The translations under genes and the position numbers were made by a program. Shown here in pieces: positions 1 through 10,200 of a stretch of 43,863 bases of DNA. The notes under the pieces are model-generated. The model saw nothing but the letters and a program-made list of their open reading frames with translations, had not been told where the DNA came from and ran no database searches. How positions within the stretch are numbered: position 1 is the stretch's first letter; every line of letters starts with the position of its first letter. This DNA is from Phycisphaeraceae bacterium (GTDB lineage Bacteria > Planctomycetota > Phycisphaerae > Phycisphaerales > Zrk34), in assembly GCA_028281485.1 (NCBI GenBank), contig JANQJT010000342.1, forward strand, positions 1-43,863. Reading direction: 5' to 3'.

Positions 1-162
1 GATGTCCTCAGCGGCGCGCTCGAACGCGCGACGTGCCCCGCCCTTGCACACCCGGCCGGCCGAGACCAGCGACTGATCCATCGACAGCCCCCCCTCGTAC
101 GCCATCCGCCAGGCGCGCAGGGCCTCGGTCACGCGACGATTGATCGGATCGTTCAGCAGCAT
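1..162 (-). CDS. Partial CDS (5' end only); possible type II secretion/type IV pilus platform protein, GspF/PilC-like
   Basis: Not in the ORF track. ATG at 162 has a strong SD (GAGGAGG). Reads MLLNDPINRRVTEALRAWRMAYEGGLSMDQSLVSAGRVCKGGARRAFERAAEDI and stays open off the window edge. The G-L-x3-(S/A)L...F-x2-A-x2-I pattern resembles the first T2SSF domain. Confidence 0.5.
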   Translation of the reverse strand, partial: MLLNDPINRRVTEALRAWRMAYEGGLSMDQSLVSAGRVCKGGARRAFERAAEDI

Positions 163-337
163 GAAGCCTCCTCGCCGTTAGTGGGTATGCCGGAACTTCC
201 CGGAAACTTATCGGTTTTCTGGTAACGCGGGGGTGATTTTGCCGTCAATACGGTGGGGCGTGCTGTTATGCTTAATTCGCGCGGCGGCGCGCCCGGGTCG
301 CACGAAACCGCTGGACACATCATACGAGACCGGACTC

Positions 338-1318
338 ATGCCTGTCGACGATCTAGCCATCGATCTCAACCACGTGGAAAAAAGATTCGGCCGCTCCGTC
401 CACGCCCTGCGCGGCGTGAACATGCAGGTGCACGGCGGCGAGGTGTTCGGCCTGCTCGGGCCCAACGGCGCCGGCAAGAGCACCCTCGTCAAGATCATGA
501 TGACCGTGGTCCACGCCTCCCACGCCACCGGCACCATCCTCGGCCGCCGCATCGGCCACAAGCCCACCCTCAAACGCATTGGCTACCTGCCCGAGCACGC
601 CCGCTTCCCCAGCTACCTCTCGGGGCGACAGGTCATCGACTTCTTCGGTGCCATGGCCAAGATGCCCCGACCCCAGCGTCGCGTCCGTGTGGACCAGATG
701 CTCGAGCTGGTCGGCGCCGCCGAATACGCCGACCGCAAAATAAAAACTTACTCAAAAGGCATGCAGCAGCGGATCGGCCTGGCTCAGGCCATGGTGCACG
801 ATCCCGACCTGCTCGTCCTCGACGAGCCGACCGACGGCGTCGACCCCATCGGTCGACGCGACATCCGCGAGGCGCTGACGCAGATCCGCGATGACGGCAA
901 GACCGTCTTTATCAACAGCCACCTGCTCAGCGAACTGGAGATGGTCTGTGAACGCGTCGCCTTCCTCGTGCAGGGCCAGGTCGTCAAGCAGGGCCGCATC
1001 GAAGACCTCACCTTCGACCAGGTGCACTACCAGATCGTGCTCCATCGGCCCATGGGCGTAGAAGCGATCGGCTCAGCTTTAGCGGTCGAATGGGACGGGC
1101 AGATCGGCGCCTCGGTCACCGGCAAGACGGCCGAGGGACTGTTGCTCGAACTGACCGATTCCACGCTGACGCTCCGCTCCAGCGATCCGCTCGATGCCCA
1201 GCCGCTCATCGACCGGCTTCGTGCCGCGGACATGGTCATCACCGACGTGCGATCCGTCCGACCGACGCTCGAGGAACTGCTGCTCCAGGCCGTGGGTGAG
1301 AACGGGGGTGCGTCATGA
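338..1318 (+). CDS. ABC transporter ATP-binding protein (ABC-2 type, PilH-like)
   Basis: Walker A GPNGAGKS, GYLPE, signature YSKGMQQR, Walker B LLVLDEP, H-loop INSH. Start placed at ATG 338; the ORF track begins at 233. Confidence 0.93.
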   Translation: MPVDDLAIDLNHVEKRFGRSVHALRGVNMQVHGGEVFGLLGPNGAGKSTLVKIMMTVVHASHATGTILGRRIGHKPTLKRIGYLPEHARFPSYLSGRQVIDFFGAMAKMPRPQRRVRVDQMLELVGAAEYADRKIKTYSKGMQQRIGLAQAMVHDPDLLVLDEPTDGVDPIGRRDIREALTQIRDDGKTVFINSHLLSELEMVCERVAFLVQGQVVKQGRIEDLTFDQVHYQIVLHRPMGVEAIGSALAVEWDGQIGASVTGKTAEGLLLELTDSTLTLRSSDPLDAQPLIDRLRAADMVITDVRSVRPTLEELLLQAVGENGGAS

Positions 1319-2451
1319 CACAGACCACCGCCCTGCTCATCGACGGCTACCGCCAGGTCAACGACAAGAAGCTGTTCTGGATCACCCTCGGCCTGTCGGG
1401 CCTGGTCGTGGCGATCATCGCGATGCTCGGCGTGACGCCGGAGGGCCTGAAGATCCTGATTTGGGAACTCAAGAACCCGGTATTCAACGCCACCGTCATG
1501 CCCCCGGCGGAGTTCTACAAGTACGTCTTCACGACGCTGGGCATCTCGATCTGGCTGGCGTGGATCGCCTCGATCCTCGCTCTGGTTTCGACCGGCAGCA
1601 TCTTTCCCGACTTTCTCGCGCAGGGATCGGTGGACCTGGTGCTATCGCGGCCGATCGGTCGTGTGAAGCTATTCTTCGTCAAGTATCTCTCCGGCCTGCT
1701 CTTTGCGGCGCTGCAGGTCACCGTCTTCACCGTCGGCAGCTTTCTGGTGATCGGCGTGCGCGGCGGCGTGTGGGAGCCGGGCCTGTTCATCGCCATCCCC
1801 GTCTTCGTGCTCTTCTTCAGCTACCTGTTCTCCATCTGCGTCTTCCTCGGTGTGCTCTCGCGCTCATCGATGTTGGCGATCCTCGTCACGATCCTCCTGT
1901 GGTTCTGCCTGTTTATCGTCAACAGCACGGACGGCATGGTCAGCATGATCAAGGCGCAGATGGAAGTGAAGGTCGAGCGGCTCGAGCGCGAGCTCGCCGA
2001 AGCGCAAGCCGAATCCATAGTCACTGTTGAAGCCGAGCCCGACGCTGAGGCTCCCGTAGAAGGCGAAAGTGAGCCGGAAACCCAGCCCGAAGAAGAAGCC
2101 GAGTCCGCTGCCGACATCGAACACCTGGCGGATCGCATCGAAGACGCACGCGGAGAGGTTCGCACGATTCAGCGCGTGGCCGACACCATCATTGGTATCA
2201 AGACCGTTATGCCGAAGACGGGTGAGACGATCGGCTTGTTGGAGCGATGGCTGATCGATACCGCCCACCTGCCGCGACAACGCGTCGACGGCAACGCCTC
2301 GCGCTGGCAACTCGATCAGCGGGCCGCAGAAGACAAGCTGATCGAGAACTTGCGCGGCCGCTCGGTGTCATGGATCATCGGCACGTCCGTGATCTTCGAG
2401 TGCGTGCTGCTGCTGCTGGCGTGCTGGCGGTTCAGCCGACGCGATTTCTAA
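1315..2451 (+). CDS. ABC-2 family transporter permease
   Basis: ATGA overlap with the ATPase; several TM helices; GSVDLVLSRPIGRVKLFFVKY motif; C-terminal FSRRDF. Confidence 0.88.
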   Translation: MTQTTALLIDGYRQVNDKKLFWITLGLSGLVVAIIAMLGVTPEGLKILIWELKNPVFNATVMPPAEFYKYVFTTLGISIWLAWIASILALVSTGSIFPDFLAQGSVDLVLSRPIGRVKLFFVKYLSGLLFAALQVTVFTVGSFLVIGVRGGVWEPGLFIAIPVFVLFFSYLFSICVFLGVLSRSSMLAILVTILLWFCLFIVNSTDGMVSMIKAQMEVKVERLERELAEAQAESIVTVEAEPDAEAPVEGESEPETQPEEEAESAADIEHLADRIEDARGEVRTIQRVADTIIGIKTVMPKTGETIGLLERWLIDTAHLPRQRVDGNASRWQLDQRAAEDKLIENLRGRSVSWIIGTSVIFECVLLLLACWRFSRRDF

Positions 2452-2601
2452 CCGGTCTATCACCCGTTCAGGTGATACGAGGGATGATCGAACGAACACT
2501 CGATTTCATCGATTCCGATTGTTTTCTGCGTAATTGAGCAGTCACCGCAGCGTTATTCTCATAGCGGGTCGGTGATCGCTGTGCCCAGGACACATCTGAC
2601 G

Positions 2602-3144
2602 ATGACACTTCAAAGACAACGCGTGGATCGATCGGGATTTACCCTCGTGGAGATGCTCGTTGTCATCGGCGTGATCGCGGTGTTGATCGGTATCACCATG
2701 CCCGCACTGAATATGGCTGTCACGCAAAGCAACCGCGTGATTTGTATGTCCAATCTTCGGCAGATCGGCGTCGCGTTTCAGACCTACCGCGATGGCCACG
2801 GCCGATCGGTGCCCATCTGCCAGTCGCTGCCCGTTGATCCCACACGCGAATCGCTGGTGTCCGTGCTCGATGGCGACGGCTTCGATGCCGGCAAGGTCTG
2901 GCGTTGCCCATCCGATGATGAGCTCTACGCCGCGATCGGCACCAGCTACGAGTACATACTCGGCCCGATGGGAACCATGTTCGGCGGTTCGCCGCGTGAG
3001 TTCGGCGTCACGCTCAACGCAACCAATCAAGCCACCATGCCCGTGCTATTCGACGCCAGCGGCTGGCACCCCGGCGGTCCCGAAGGTGTCGATCGCAACG
3101 CGCTCTATCTCGATGGTCACGTCGACTGGTTCACGAGCGGGTAG
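2602..3144 (+). CDS. Prepilin-type N-terminal cleavage/methylation protein with C-terminal H-x-DG motif (planctomycete pseudopilin-like)
   Basis: G|FTLVEMLVVIGVIAVLIGI class III signal; CMSNLRQIG; WRCPSD; C-terminal WH...NALYLDGHV. Start uncertain (2572 or 2602). Confidence 0.88.
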   Translation: MTLQRQRVDRSGFTLVEMLVVIGVIAVLIGITMPALNMAVTQSNRVICMSNLRQIGVAFQTYRDGHGRSVPICQSLPVDPTRESLVSVLDGDGFDAGKVWRCPSDDELYAAIGTSYEYILGPMGTMFGGSPREFGVTLNATNQATMPVLFDASGWHPGGPEGVDRNALYLDGHVDWFTSG

Positions 3145-3165
3145 CGGTCGATCACGGAGAAGACC

Positions 3166-3777
3166 ATGTCCAACGCCGTCAAGCTGACTATCGGCAGCGT
3201 GCTGCTCGTCATCGGGCTGGGCCTGGTGATCCGCTACTTCGTCACGCGGCCGCCGGACCCACAGACCGCCGATGTGGAAACGCTCGGTCGGTTCGTCATG
3301 TCGGACCGGTTTGGCGAGATGAGTGTCGAGCAGCGCCAGCCGTATGTCGAGGCCGTGTTCGACAAGATGGACGAGGTGACCCCCGAGGTGCGCGAGCGGC
3401 TTGGCGACAAGATTCGCGAGCGCTACGAAGAGGACGAGGACGCCGCACAGAAGGCCATGATGACTTTCATGATGAGCATGATGGCCAATCGCGCCCGCGC
3501 TTATCACGAGATGACGCCCGAGCAGAAGGCCGAGCACCTGCGGAAAATCCGGGCCGGCGAGGCGGGGGGCGTGTTCGGCAATCGGCCGCCCCCGCGGCGC
3601 ACCGAGGCCGAGCGTCGACAGGGCCGGGCTGAGGCACAACGCCGGCTGGCCAACGACGACGGCACGATGCAGCGCCAGATGAACGAGATAATGATCCGGA
3701 TGATCCAGGTCTCCGAGCCCGAGGACCGGGCCATGATGTTCAACTACTTCTCGGATATCCAGGAATCCATGCGATAG
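3166..3777 (+). CDS. Hypothetical membrane-anchored alpha-helical protein
   Basis: SD GGAGA; single N-terminal TM helix followed by a charged, Met/Arg/Glu-rich helical domain; 21 bp after the prepilin gene. Confidence 0.75.
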   Translation: MSNAVKLTIGSVLLVIGLGLVIRYFVTRPPDPQTADVETLGRFVMSDRFGEMSVEQRQPYVEAVFDKMDEVTPEVRERLGDKIRERYEEDEDAAQKAMMTFMMSMMANRARAYHEMTPEQKAEHLRKIRAGEAGGVFGNRPPPRRTEAERRQGRAEAQRRLANDDGTMQRQMNEIMIRMIQVSEPEDRAMMFNYFSDIQESMR

Positions 3778-3798
3778 GCCCGCCCGGGGGATAGTCGC

Positions 3799-3804
3799 TA
3801 TAAT
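3799..3804 (+). promoter_or_regulatory. Putative -10 box (TATAAT) for purU
   Basis: Perfect TATAAT in a GC-rich intergenic gap, upstream of the SD GGAGGT; no clear -35. Confidence 0.45.
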
Positions 3805-3831
3805 CGTCGCCCCCTTCGGAGGTACGAGGCT

Positions 3832-4728
3832 ATGGCGGACAGGGTTACAGCGGTGGTCAGCGTTCTGGGCCAGGATCAGAAGGGTGCCGTGGCGCGCTTC
3901 GCGACCTACCTGGCCGAGCGCGGCATCAACATCGAAGACATCCAACAACACGTCGTGCGCGGCATGTTCGTCATGGACATGCTCGTCGACCTCGCCGACA
4001 TGACCATCAGCCTCGACGAGCTGATCACGGGCCTGCTCGAGACCGGCAAGACGATCAACATGGAAGTCCGCGTCGCCCTGCGCAGCGACAAGAAGGAAAG
4101 CAAGATCGCCGTGCTGGTCAGCAAGGAACCGCACTGCCTCGAACACATCCTCGCCGACGCGCGCGAGGGCAAGTACCGCGGCACGATCGACGTGATCCTT
4201 TCCAACCACGAGGTGCTCCGCCCGATCGCCGAACAAGCGGGGATCGACTTCGAATGGATGCCCTCGACCGACAAGCCCGCCCACATGACCTGGCTGCGCG
4301 AGACCATGCAGCGGCGCGGCATCGACCTCGGCCTGCTCGCCCGCTACATGCAGATCCTCACGCCCGATGTCGTCGAGGCCTTCCCCCACAAGATTATCAA
4401 CATCCACCCCTCCCTCCTGCCGTTCTTCCCCGGCGCCAAGCCGTACCACCAGGCCTGGGAACAGGGCGTGCGCGTCAGCGGTTGCACGGCCCACTTCGTC
4501 ACCGAAGACCTCGACGAGGGCCCGATCATCCTCCAGGACGTGTTTCACATCGACATCGGCAGCGACACCCCCGAAGACGTGCGGCGCAAGGGCCTGCAGC
4601 TCGAAGCGGAGGTGCTCAGCAAGGCCGCGCAGTACTTCCTCAACGAACAGCTCGTCGTCGTCGATGGGAGCGTCGTCTTCAAGCCCGGCCTCAGCACGCT
4701 GGAAGGCCTCGGCGACCCGGAACGCTAA
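3832..4728 (+). CDS. purU: Formyltetrahydrofolate deformylase
   Basis: N-terminal ACT domain (GQDQKGAVA), VSKEPHCL, LARYMQIL, INIHPSLLPFFPGAKPYHQA, GCTAHFVTEDLDEGPII. Confidence 0.93.
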   Translation: MADRVTAVVSVLGQDQKGAVARFATYLAERGINIEDIQQHVVRGMFVMDMLVDLADMTISLDELITGLLETGKTINMEVRVALRSDKKESKIAVLVSKEPHCLEHILADAREGKYRGTIDVILSNHEVLRPIAEQAGIDFEWMPSTDKPAHMTWLRETMQRRGIDLGLLARYMQILTPDVVEAFPHKIINIHPSLLPFFPGAKPYHQAWEQGVRVSGCTAHFVTEDLDEGPIILQDVFHIDIGSDTPEDVRRKGLQLEAEVLSKAAQYFLNEQLVVVDGSVVFKPGLSTLEGLGDPER

Positions 4729-4749
4729 GCCTCGCGATCCATCACGGAT

Positions 4750-4785
4750 AAAAAACAACCGGTCCTCATGGGGCCGGTTTTTTAT
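4750..4785. terminator. Bidirectional intrinsic terminator between purU and the sigma factor gene
   Basis: A-run, then stem AACCGGTCC/GGGCCGGTT (one G-U), then T-run, between convergent genes. Confidence 0.75.
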
Positions 4786-4807
4786 TGGTTTCAGTTGTAA
4801 TCGGATC

Positions 4808-5725
4808 TTACATCGCGCGGCGTGTGGCGTTGCCGTTTCCATTGCCCGCCACGCGAGCGCCCGCCTCGGACAGGCCGACCGTCGACAGGCCCTCGTTGGC
4901 CCGGCTGATGCGCGAGTTCAGCTTGCTCAGCGCCTCGGCTTCGATCTGCCGCACGCGCTCACGCGTCAGACCCACGCGCTGACCGATCTCCTTGAGCGTC
5001 AGCGGCTCCTCGCCGTCTAGCCCGAAACGCAGACGGAGGATCGTGCCCTCGCGCTCGTCGATCGCGTCGAGCAGCTTGTAGATGGTGTGGATCTCGTCCT
5101 CAGCCAGCACCGCCTGCTCCGGCGAGGGCGTGCGGTCGTCGGCGAGGATGTCGCCCAGCGAGACCTGCTCGCCGTCCGTGCTGACCGGGCCCTGGCTGGG
5201 CCGCTGGAACGCGCGGATGGCGTGCTTGATCATGCGGATCTTCTCCGGCGGCACGTCCATCGCCTTGGCCAGCTCTTCCTGCGTGGGCTGACGACCGAAC
5301 TCGTCCTCGAACTCACGCATCACGCGCTTGCACTGCGCGACCAGCTCGACCATGTAAGCGGGCACGTGGATCGGCTGCACCGCGTTGATCAGCGACCGCT
5401 TGATGGCCTGCTTGATCCACCACGACGCGTACGTGCTGAACCGCGCGCCCTGCGTGGGGTCGAAAGACTCGACCGCCTTGAGCAGGCCGATGTTGCCCTC
5501 TTCGATCAGGTCGATCAGGGGCAGGCCGCGGTTGGAGTAATTCTTGGCGATGGAAACCACGAGACGGAGATTGGCGCGGGCCATGTGATCGCGCGCCTGG
5601 GGACAGCTATCGCGGATGATCCGCCACGCCAGTTCCTTCTCCTCATCAGCGCTCAACAAGGGGACCTCGTTGATCTGCTTGAGGTAGAGCTGCAAACCGC
5701 TCGGTACTTCGCTAGATCGTGACAT
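4808..5725 (-). CDS. RNA polymerase sigma-70 factor, RpoD/SigA-like, lacking region 1.1
   Basis: LQLYLKQI (1.2), NLRLVVSIAKNY and DLIEEGNIGL (2.1-2.2), FSTYASWWIKQAI (2.3-2.4), TLKEIGQRVGLTRERVRQIE (4.2). Start 5725 or 5749. Confidence 0.9.
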   Translation of the reverse strand: MSRSSEVPSGLQLYLKQINEVPLLSADEEKELAWRIIRDSCPQARDHMARANLRLVVSIAKNYSNRGLPLIDLIEEGNIGLLKAVESFDPTQGARFSTYASWWIKQAIKRSLINAVQPIHVPAYMVELVAQCKRVMREFEDEFGRQPTQEELAKAMDVPPEKIRMIKHAIRAFQRPSQGPVSTDGEQVSLGDILADDRTPSPEQAVLAEDEIHTIYKLLDAIDEREGTILRLRFGLDGEEPLTLKEIGQRVGLTRERVRQIEAEALSKLNSRISRANEGLSTVGLSEAGARVAGNGNGNATRRAM

Positions 5726-6027
5726 GACCTCTAACGACCCTCCGCTCATCGCGACACCTAACGGATCCGACAGGCTCCGGCGTTATGGCATCGCGAGGCA
5801 TTGTATCCGTGAAAAGGGCCTACTGACCAATACAACGTTAAACTAACTTCCACCACGACCTCTCAGCAGTCGCATTCCCTGATTGTTTTTTCGGTTCACC
5901 GCGAGATCGGCTTAACCCCAGATCAGGGTATCGGACATGAATGCCGATCGGCCAAGGAACCCCTCCCGAAGAACTGTCTATAATACCAACTGGCCACGCC
6001 AAGAAAAGCCCAAAATCGGAGTTTACG

Positions 6028-7224
6028 ATGCTCTGGCAGCCCGCATTACCGGACAATTATCGCGCCATGGACGCCGACGCCCTCGACCGGGCGATACAGG
6101 CCAGAAAGGCCGAATTCGGCGACCGCCTCGTCATCCTCGGTCACCACTATCAACAGGACGACGTCATCCGGCACGCCGATTTCACCGGCGATTCGTTCAA
6201 GCTCAGCCAGCTCGCCGCCGAGAAAGTGCGTCAAGTTGGAGCCGAGTTCGTCGTGTTCTGCGGCGTGCACTTCATGGCCGAGTCCGCCGACATCCTCGCC
6301 CCCGACGGAACGACCGTCATCCTCCCCGACCTCTCGGCCGGCTGTTCCATGGCGGACATGGCCGCCGATGACGACGTCGAAGACGCCTGGAATCAGATCA
6401 ACGCCGTGCTCGAAGAGGCGCACTTCAACGGACGCGTCGTACCCATCACCTACATGAACAGCTCCGCGGCGATCAAGGCGTTCGTCGGTGAGCACGGCGG
6501 CGCGGTGTGCACCAGCTCCAACGCGCGCTCGATCCTCGAGTGGGCGTTCGCCGGCGGTGACGAGCCGCTGCGCGAAGGCGAAAAGATCAAGCTGCTGTTC
6601 CTGCCCGACCAACACCTCGGCCGAAACACCGCCGCGGACCTCGGCTACGACATCCACACCCAAATGTGTCTCTGGGACCCACAAGCGCCCGCGGGCCTGG
6701 GCGGCTGCGATGCGCAGACCATCGTGCAAAGCGACGTGATCCTCTGGAAGGGGCACTGCTCCGTGCACAAGCTGTTCCGCCCGGAACACGTCGACCAGAT
6801 CAAGGCCCAGCAGCCCGGCACCACCGTCATCGTTCACCCCGAGTGTGAACACGACGTGGTGCGCAAGGCCGACCTGTCCGGTTCAACCGAGGCGATCATC
6901 TGCGCCATCGACGCCGCCGAATCCGGCAGCAAGTGGGCTGTCGGCACCGAGGTGCACCTGGTCAGCCGTCTGTCGCAATCCGCCGTCGAGCGTGGCGTTT
7001 CCGTCCGCATCCTCTCCGACTGCCAGTGCCTCTGCACCACGATGTACCGTATCGATCCCCAGCACCTGCTGTGGGTCCTGGACAACCTGGCCGAGGGCAA
7101 CGTCGTCAACCAGGTCGCCGTGGACGAGCAGACCACGCGCTGGTCGCAGGTCGCCCTGGAGCGGATGCTACAGATCACGGGCAAGACTTCGGTCGCCTCG
7201 GCCGTGCCGCAGCCGATCGATTAA
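6028..7224 (+). CDS. nadA: Quinolinate synthase A
   Basis: ILGHHYQ, GDS, FCGVHFMAE, GCSMADM, YMNSSA, CTSSNA, PDQHLG, GHCSVH, VHPEC, GST, CTTM. TATAAT at 5979-5984 supports the ATG at 6028. Confidence 0.94.
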   Translation: MLWQPALPDNYRAMDADALDRAIQARKAEFGDRLVILGHHYQQDDVIRHADFTGDSFKLSQLAAEKVRQVGAEFVVFCGVHFMAESADILAPDGTTVILPDLSAGCSMADMAADDDVEDAWNQINAVLEEAHFNGRVVPITYMNSSAAIKAFVGEHGGAVCTSSNARSILEWAFAGGDEPLREGEKIKLLFLPDQHLGRNTAADLGYDIHTQMCLWDPQAPAGLGGCDAQTIVQSDVILWKGHCSVHKLFRPEHVDQIKAQQPGTTVIVHPECEHDVVRKADLSGSTEAIICAIDAAESGSKWAVGTEVHLVSRLSQSAVERGVSVRILSDCQCLCTTMYRIDPQHLLWVLDNLAEGNVVNQVAVDEQTTRWSQVALERMLQITGKTSVASAVPQPID

Positions 7225-7299
7225 TCCTTCAAATCGAACCCGCCCGGGGCGTCAGTCGGCGTACAATACCCAAGCCGCCGGGTTATTTGTGAAGGGAAC

Positions 7300-10200
7300 G
7301 TGATGAGCGACCAGCAGGGGACAACAACCGCCGCCGCCTCGCCGCGCCGCGGTGGGAAGAAGAAGTGGATCATCCTGGCCATCGTTGTGGTGGTGCCGAT
7401 CCTGATCGTGCTGATGGTGCCCACCATCGCCGGCAGCGCATTCGGGCGCGGTCGCATCACCAGCGCCATCAACCAGTCCATCTCCGGTTCGGTCGAGATC
7501 GAATCGCTCAGCGCCAGCTGGTTCGGCTCGCAGACCCTCACGGGTCTGGTCCTCAAAGACCCGCACGGCAACGCCGTGGCGAACATCGATCGCGTGAGCG
7601 TCGACGCTTCGTTGCTGTCTTTAGCGACCGGCGGTCGTGACCTGGGCGAGGTTAACATCCAGGGCCTCACCGCCGATGTGCTGGCAGACGCGACCGGATC
7701 GAACCTCCAGCGCGCCATCACGCCCACCACGGAATCCGAGCCTTCCCAGTCGACCGAGTTGCCCGTCACGGGCCGCATCATCGTGACCGATGCGCAGCTC
7801 TCGCTCACCCAATCCGACAACGAACCGGTCCACGTCTCCGACCTCAACGTCAACGTCGATCTGGCCACGGACAAGCCCATCGCGTTCGAGCTGAGCGCGA
7901 AGACTGCGCAGGGCGAGCTGCGCGGCGGCATCGACGGCTCCGGTTCCTACGATCTGGCCAGCGAAGAAGTCATCGCCAAGGCCAACGTCGACAAGCTCCC
8001 CCTGGCTGGCGTCGATGCGCTGCTCGGAACGGGCGGCATTCTCGAGGCCGCCATCGGAAAACAGATGGACATCACCATCGACGCGACCTCGCAGGGCGAC
8101 ACACACGTCGGCCAGATCGCCATCGCCTCGCCGCAGCTCAACGGCCGATTCGATCTACAAACCGTCAACGACCAGATCGTCATCGATACAAAACAACCCG
8201 CCGTCTGGGTGATGTCCCAACAGTTCATCAAGACCTTCTACGCTGGCGACCCGCAGCTGCAGAGCCTGGCGCTGCGCGGCGACGTGCCGGTGAGCATCAC
8301 CCTCCACGCCGCGACCGCGGCCGACGGCTTCGCCGCACACACCACCTCCATCGCCGCCAATCTCACCGTCGCCGACGGCACACTCGCCGGCGACGAATCC
8401 ATCGGTACGCTGACCTGGTCCGGCCTGAGCGGAACGATCTTAAGCGAATCGCTGCAACACGGCGGAACCCTCAGCCTCAAAGGCAACACCACGATGGACG
8501 GCCGACCCGGCAGCGTCGCGGTGCAAGCCGTCGTGGCAAAGCCCTTCAACGCCGACAGCGAACTCGACCTGTCCGGCGCCGATATCGACGCCATCGTCGA
8601 AACGACCAACGTCCGCATCGCCACGATCGATCGCCTGGTCCAGCGCGGCGGCGATCTGGTCGAGCTGCTCGGCCCGTCACTCGATCTGCGCCTGACCGCA
8701 AAGAAAACCACCGACTCGCCCACCACGTTCTCCGGCCAACTGCGGGTCGCCGCAGACAGCAAGCTCGCAAACGTCTTGTCCGATCAAATCACGCTCGGCG
8801 GCAGCGCCCAATTCACACGCGACGCTTCCGGTCAGCCAAGCGAGACCAAGCTGAATCTCGCGCTCATCAGCTCATCGCAGCACACACCGCTCGAGCGGCT
8901 CTCCATCGCCGGCACCATCGATCCTGACTACGAGCAGTTCAATGGCGAATCGGCCCTGCGCTACAGGCTCATGCCCGACAAGGTCGGCTCCGGCGACGGC
9001 GAGCCCACACTCGCGCGCCCCGCCGATGTCCAGCTGCTCGTCAAAGACGCCGTCGTGCCGTTGCGGGGGTTCTCACTCGACGCCATCGCCGCGCAGATCG
9101 AGCTGCGGGTTGAACAGGTCGAGCTGGCCGGTGACCCGCGATTCGCGGGCATGACCGCGCGCGACCTGTCGGGCAGCGTCACGCTTGCACCCGATCAGCC
9201 GATGCGCGCGAACCTCACCGCCGCCACTAACGTGCCCGGCGCCGCCCAGCCCGGTTCGATCAAGATTAACGCCGCGCTGGACAACTGGACGCAAGACGGC
9301 GCGATCACGCCGGCCAACACCACCGGCAACGCGACCGTCGAACTGACCGATGTGCCCACCGCGTTTGTCGACGCCTTCATCGCGACCGGTGGCAAGCTGC
9401 CGACCTACATCGGTGACCAGGTCGACGTCACCCTCACGTTCGATGGCAAGAATGCAGACCGCCGCAACATCGTCGCATCGGTCACCAGCGAGAACCTCAA
9501 GGCCTCCGCGTCCGGCCATCTCACCGCAGACAACCGCTTCGTGCCGGACCGCAAGGTCATCCCGATCGAGTACAAGCTCACGCCCGCCGCCTACGCCGCG
9601 TGGGTCGCCGGTGAAAACGGCGCCCCGCCGCCCATGGCCCTCGTCAGTCCCATTACCGTCACCGCCACGATCCAAGACCTCCCCACCATCCCACTCGACG
9701 GCCCGATCGACCCGCGCGACCTGTCGTTCAACATCAACTTCAACGCCACCGACGCGTTCCTGAGAAACACCTCCGGGCGCGGCGAGGCGCGCATCAGCAA
9801 CCTGGCCGGCTCGCTCAACAGCGAGCGTCTGGCCGGCGGCGCCGTCGCCAAGCTCACCGGCAAGATCGACTACGCCAACCCCCAGGCACAACAAAACGCC
9901 ACCGGCAACCTCGACGTCAGCGGCTCGCTCAGCGACCTGTTCGACCAGACCGGCCAACTCAGCATCTCAACCGCCAGCGCCGACATCACCGCCAAGCTCG
10001 GCCAGATCCCCGTCGCGCCACTCGACCAGATCATCAACGCCGAGAACAAACTCCACGCCCTGCTCGGCGACACCGCCCAGCTCGACATCATCGTCAAGAT
10101 GGTCCGCGGCACGGGCCCCGTTCGCCTCATCGCCCAAAGCCCCAACACGCGTGCCCTACTCGTCGGGCGCGTGCAGGACGGCGTCATCGTGCTCGACCAG

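Noticed and set aside
441..469. 29-bp exact repeat with 24646-24674
   Set aside because: Encodes the Walker A region of two paralogous ABC ATPases; explained by protein conservation plus codon bias, not a mobile repeat.
3046..4842. 598-aa antisense ORF over purU, and similar long shadow ORFs (12423-13640, 17291-18700, 20337-21971, 18847-20073)
   Set aside because: Antisense mirror frames of well-supported high-GC genes; no motifs of their own.
5750..6027. Possible NAD riboswitch or ncRNA upstream of nadA
   Set aside because: No recognisable aptamer. TATAAT at 5979 leaves a leader of only ~35-40 nt. An Rfam/Infernal search would be decisive.
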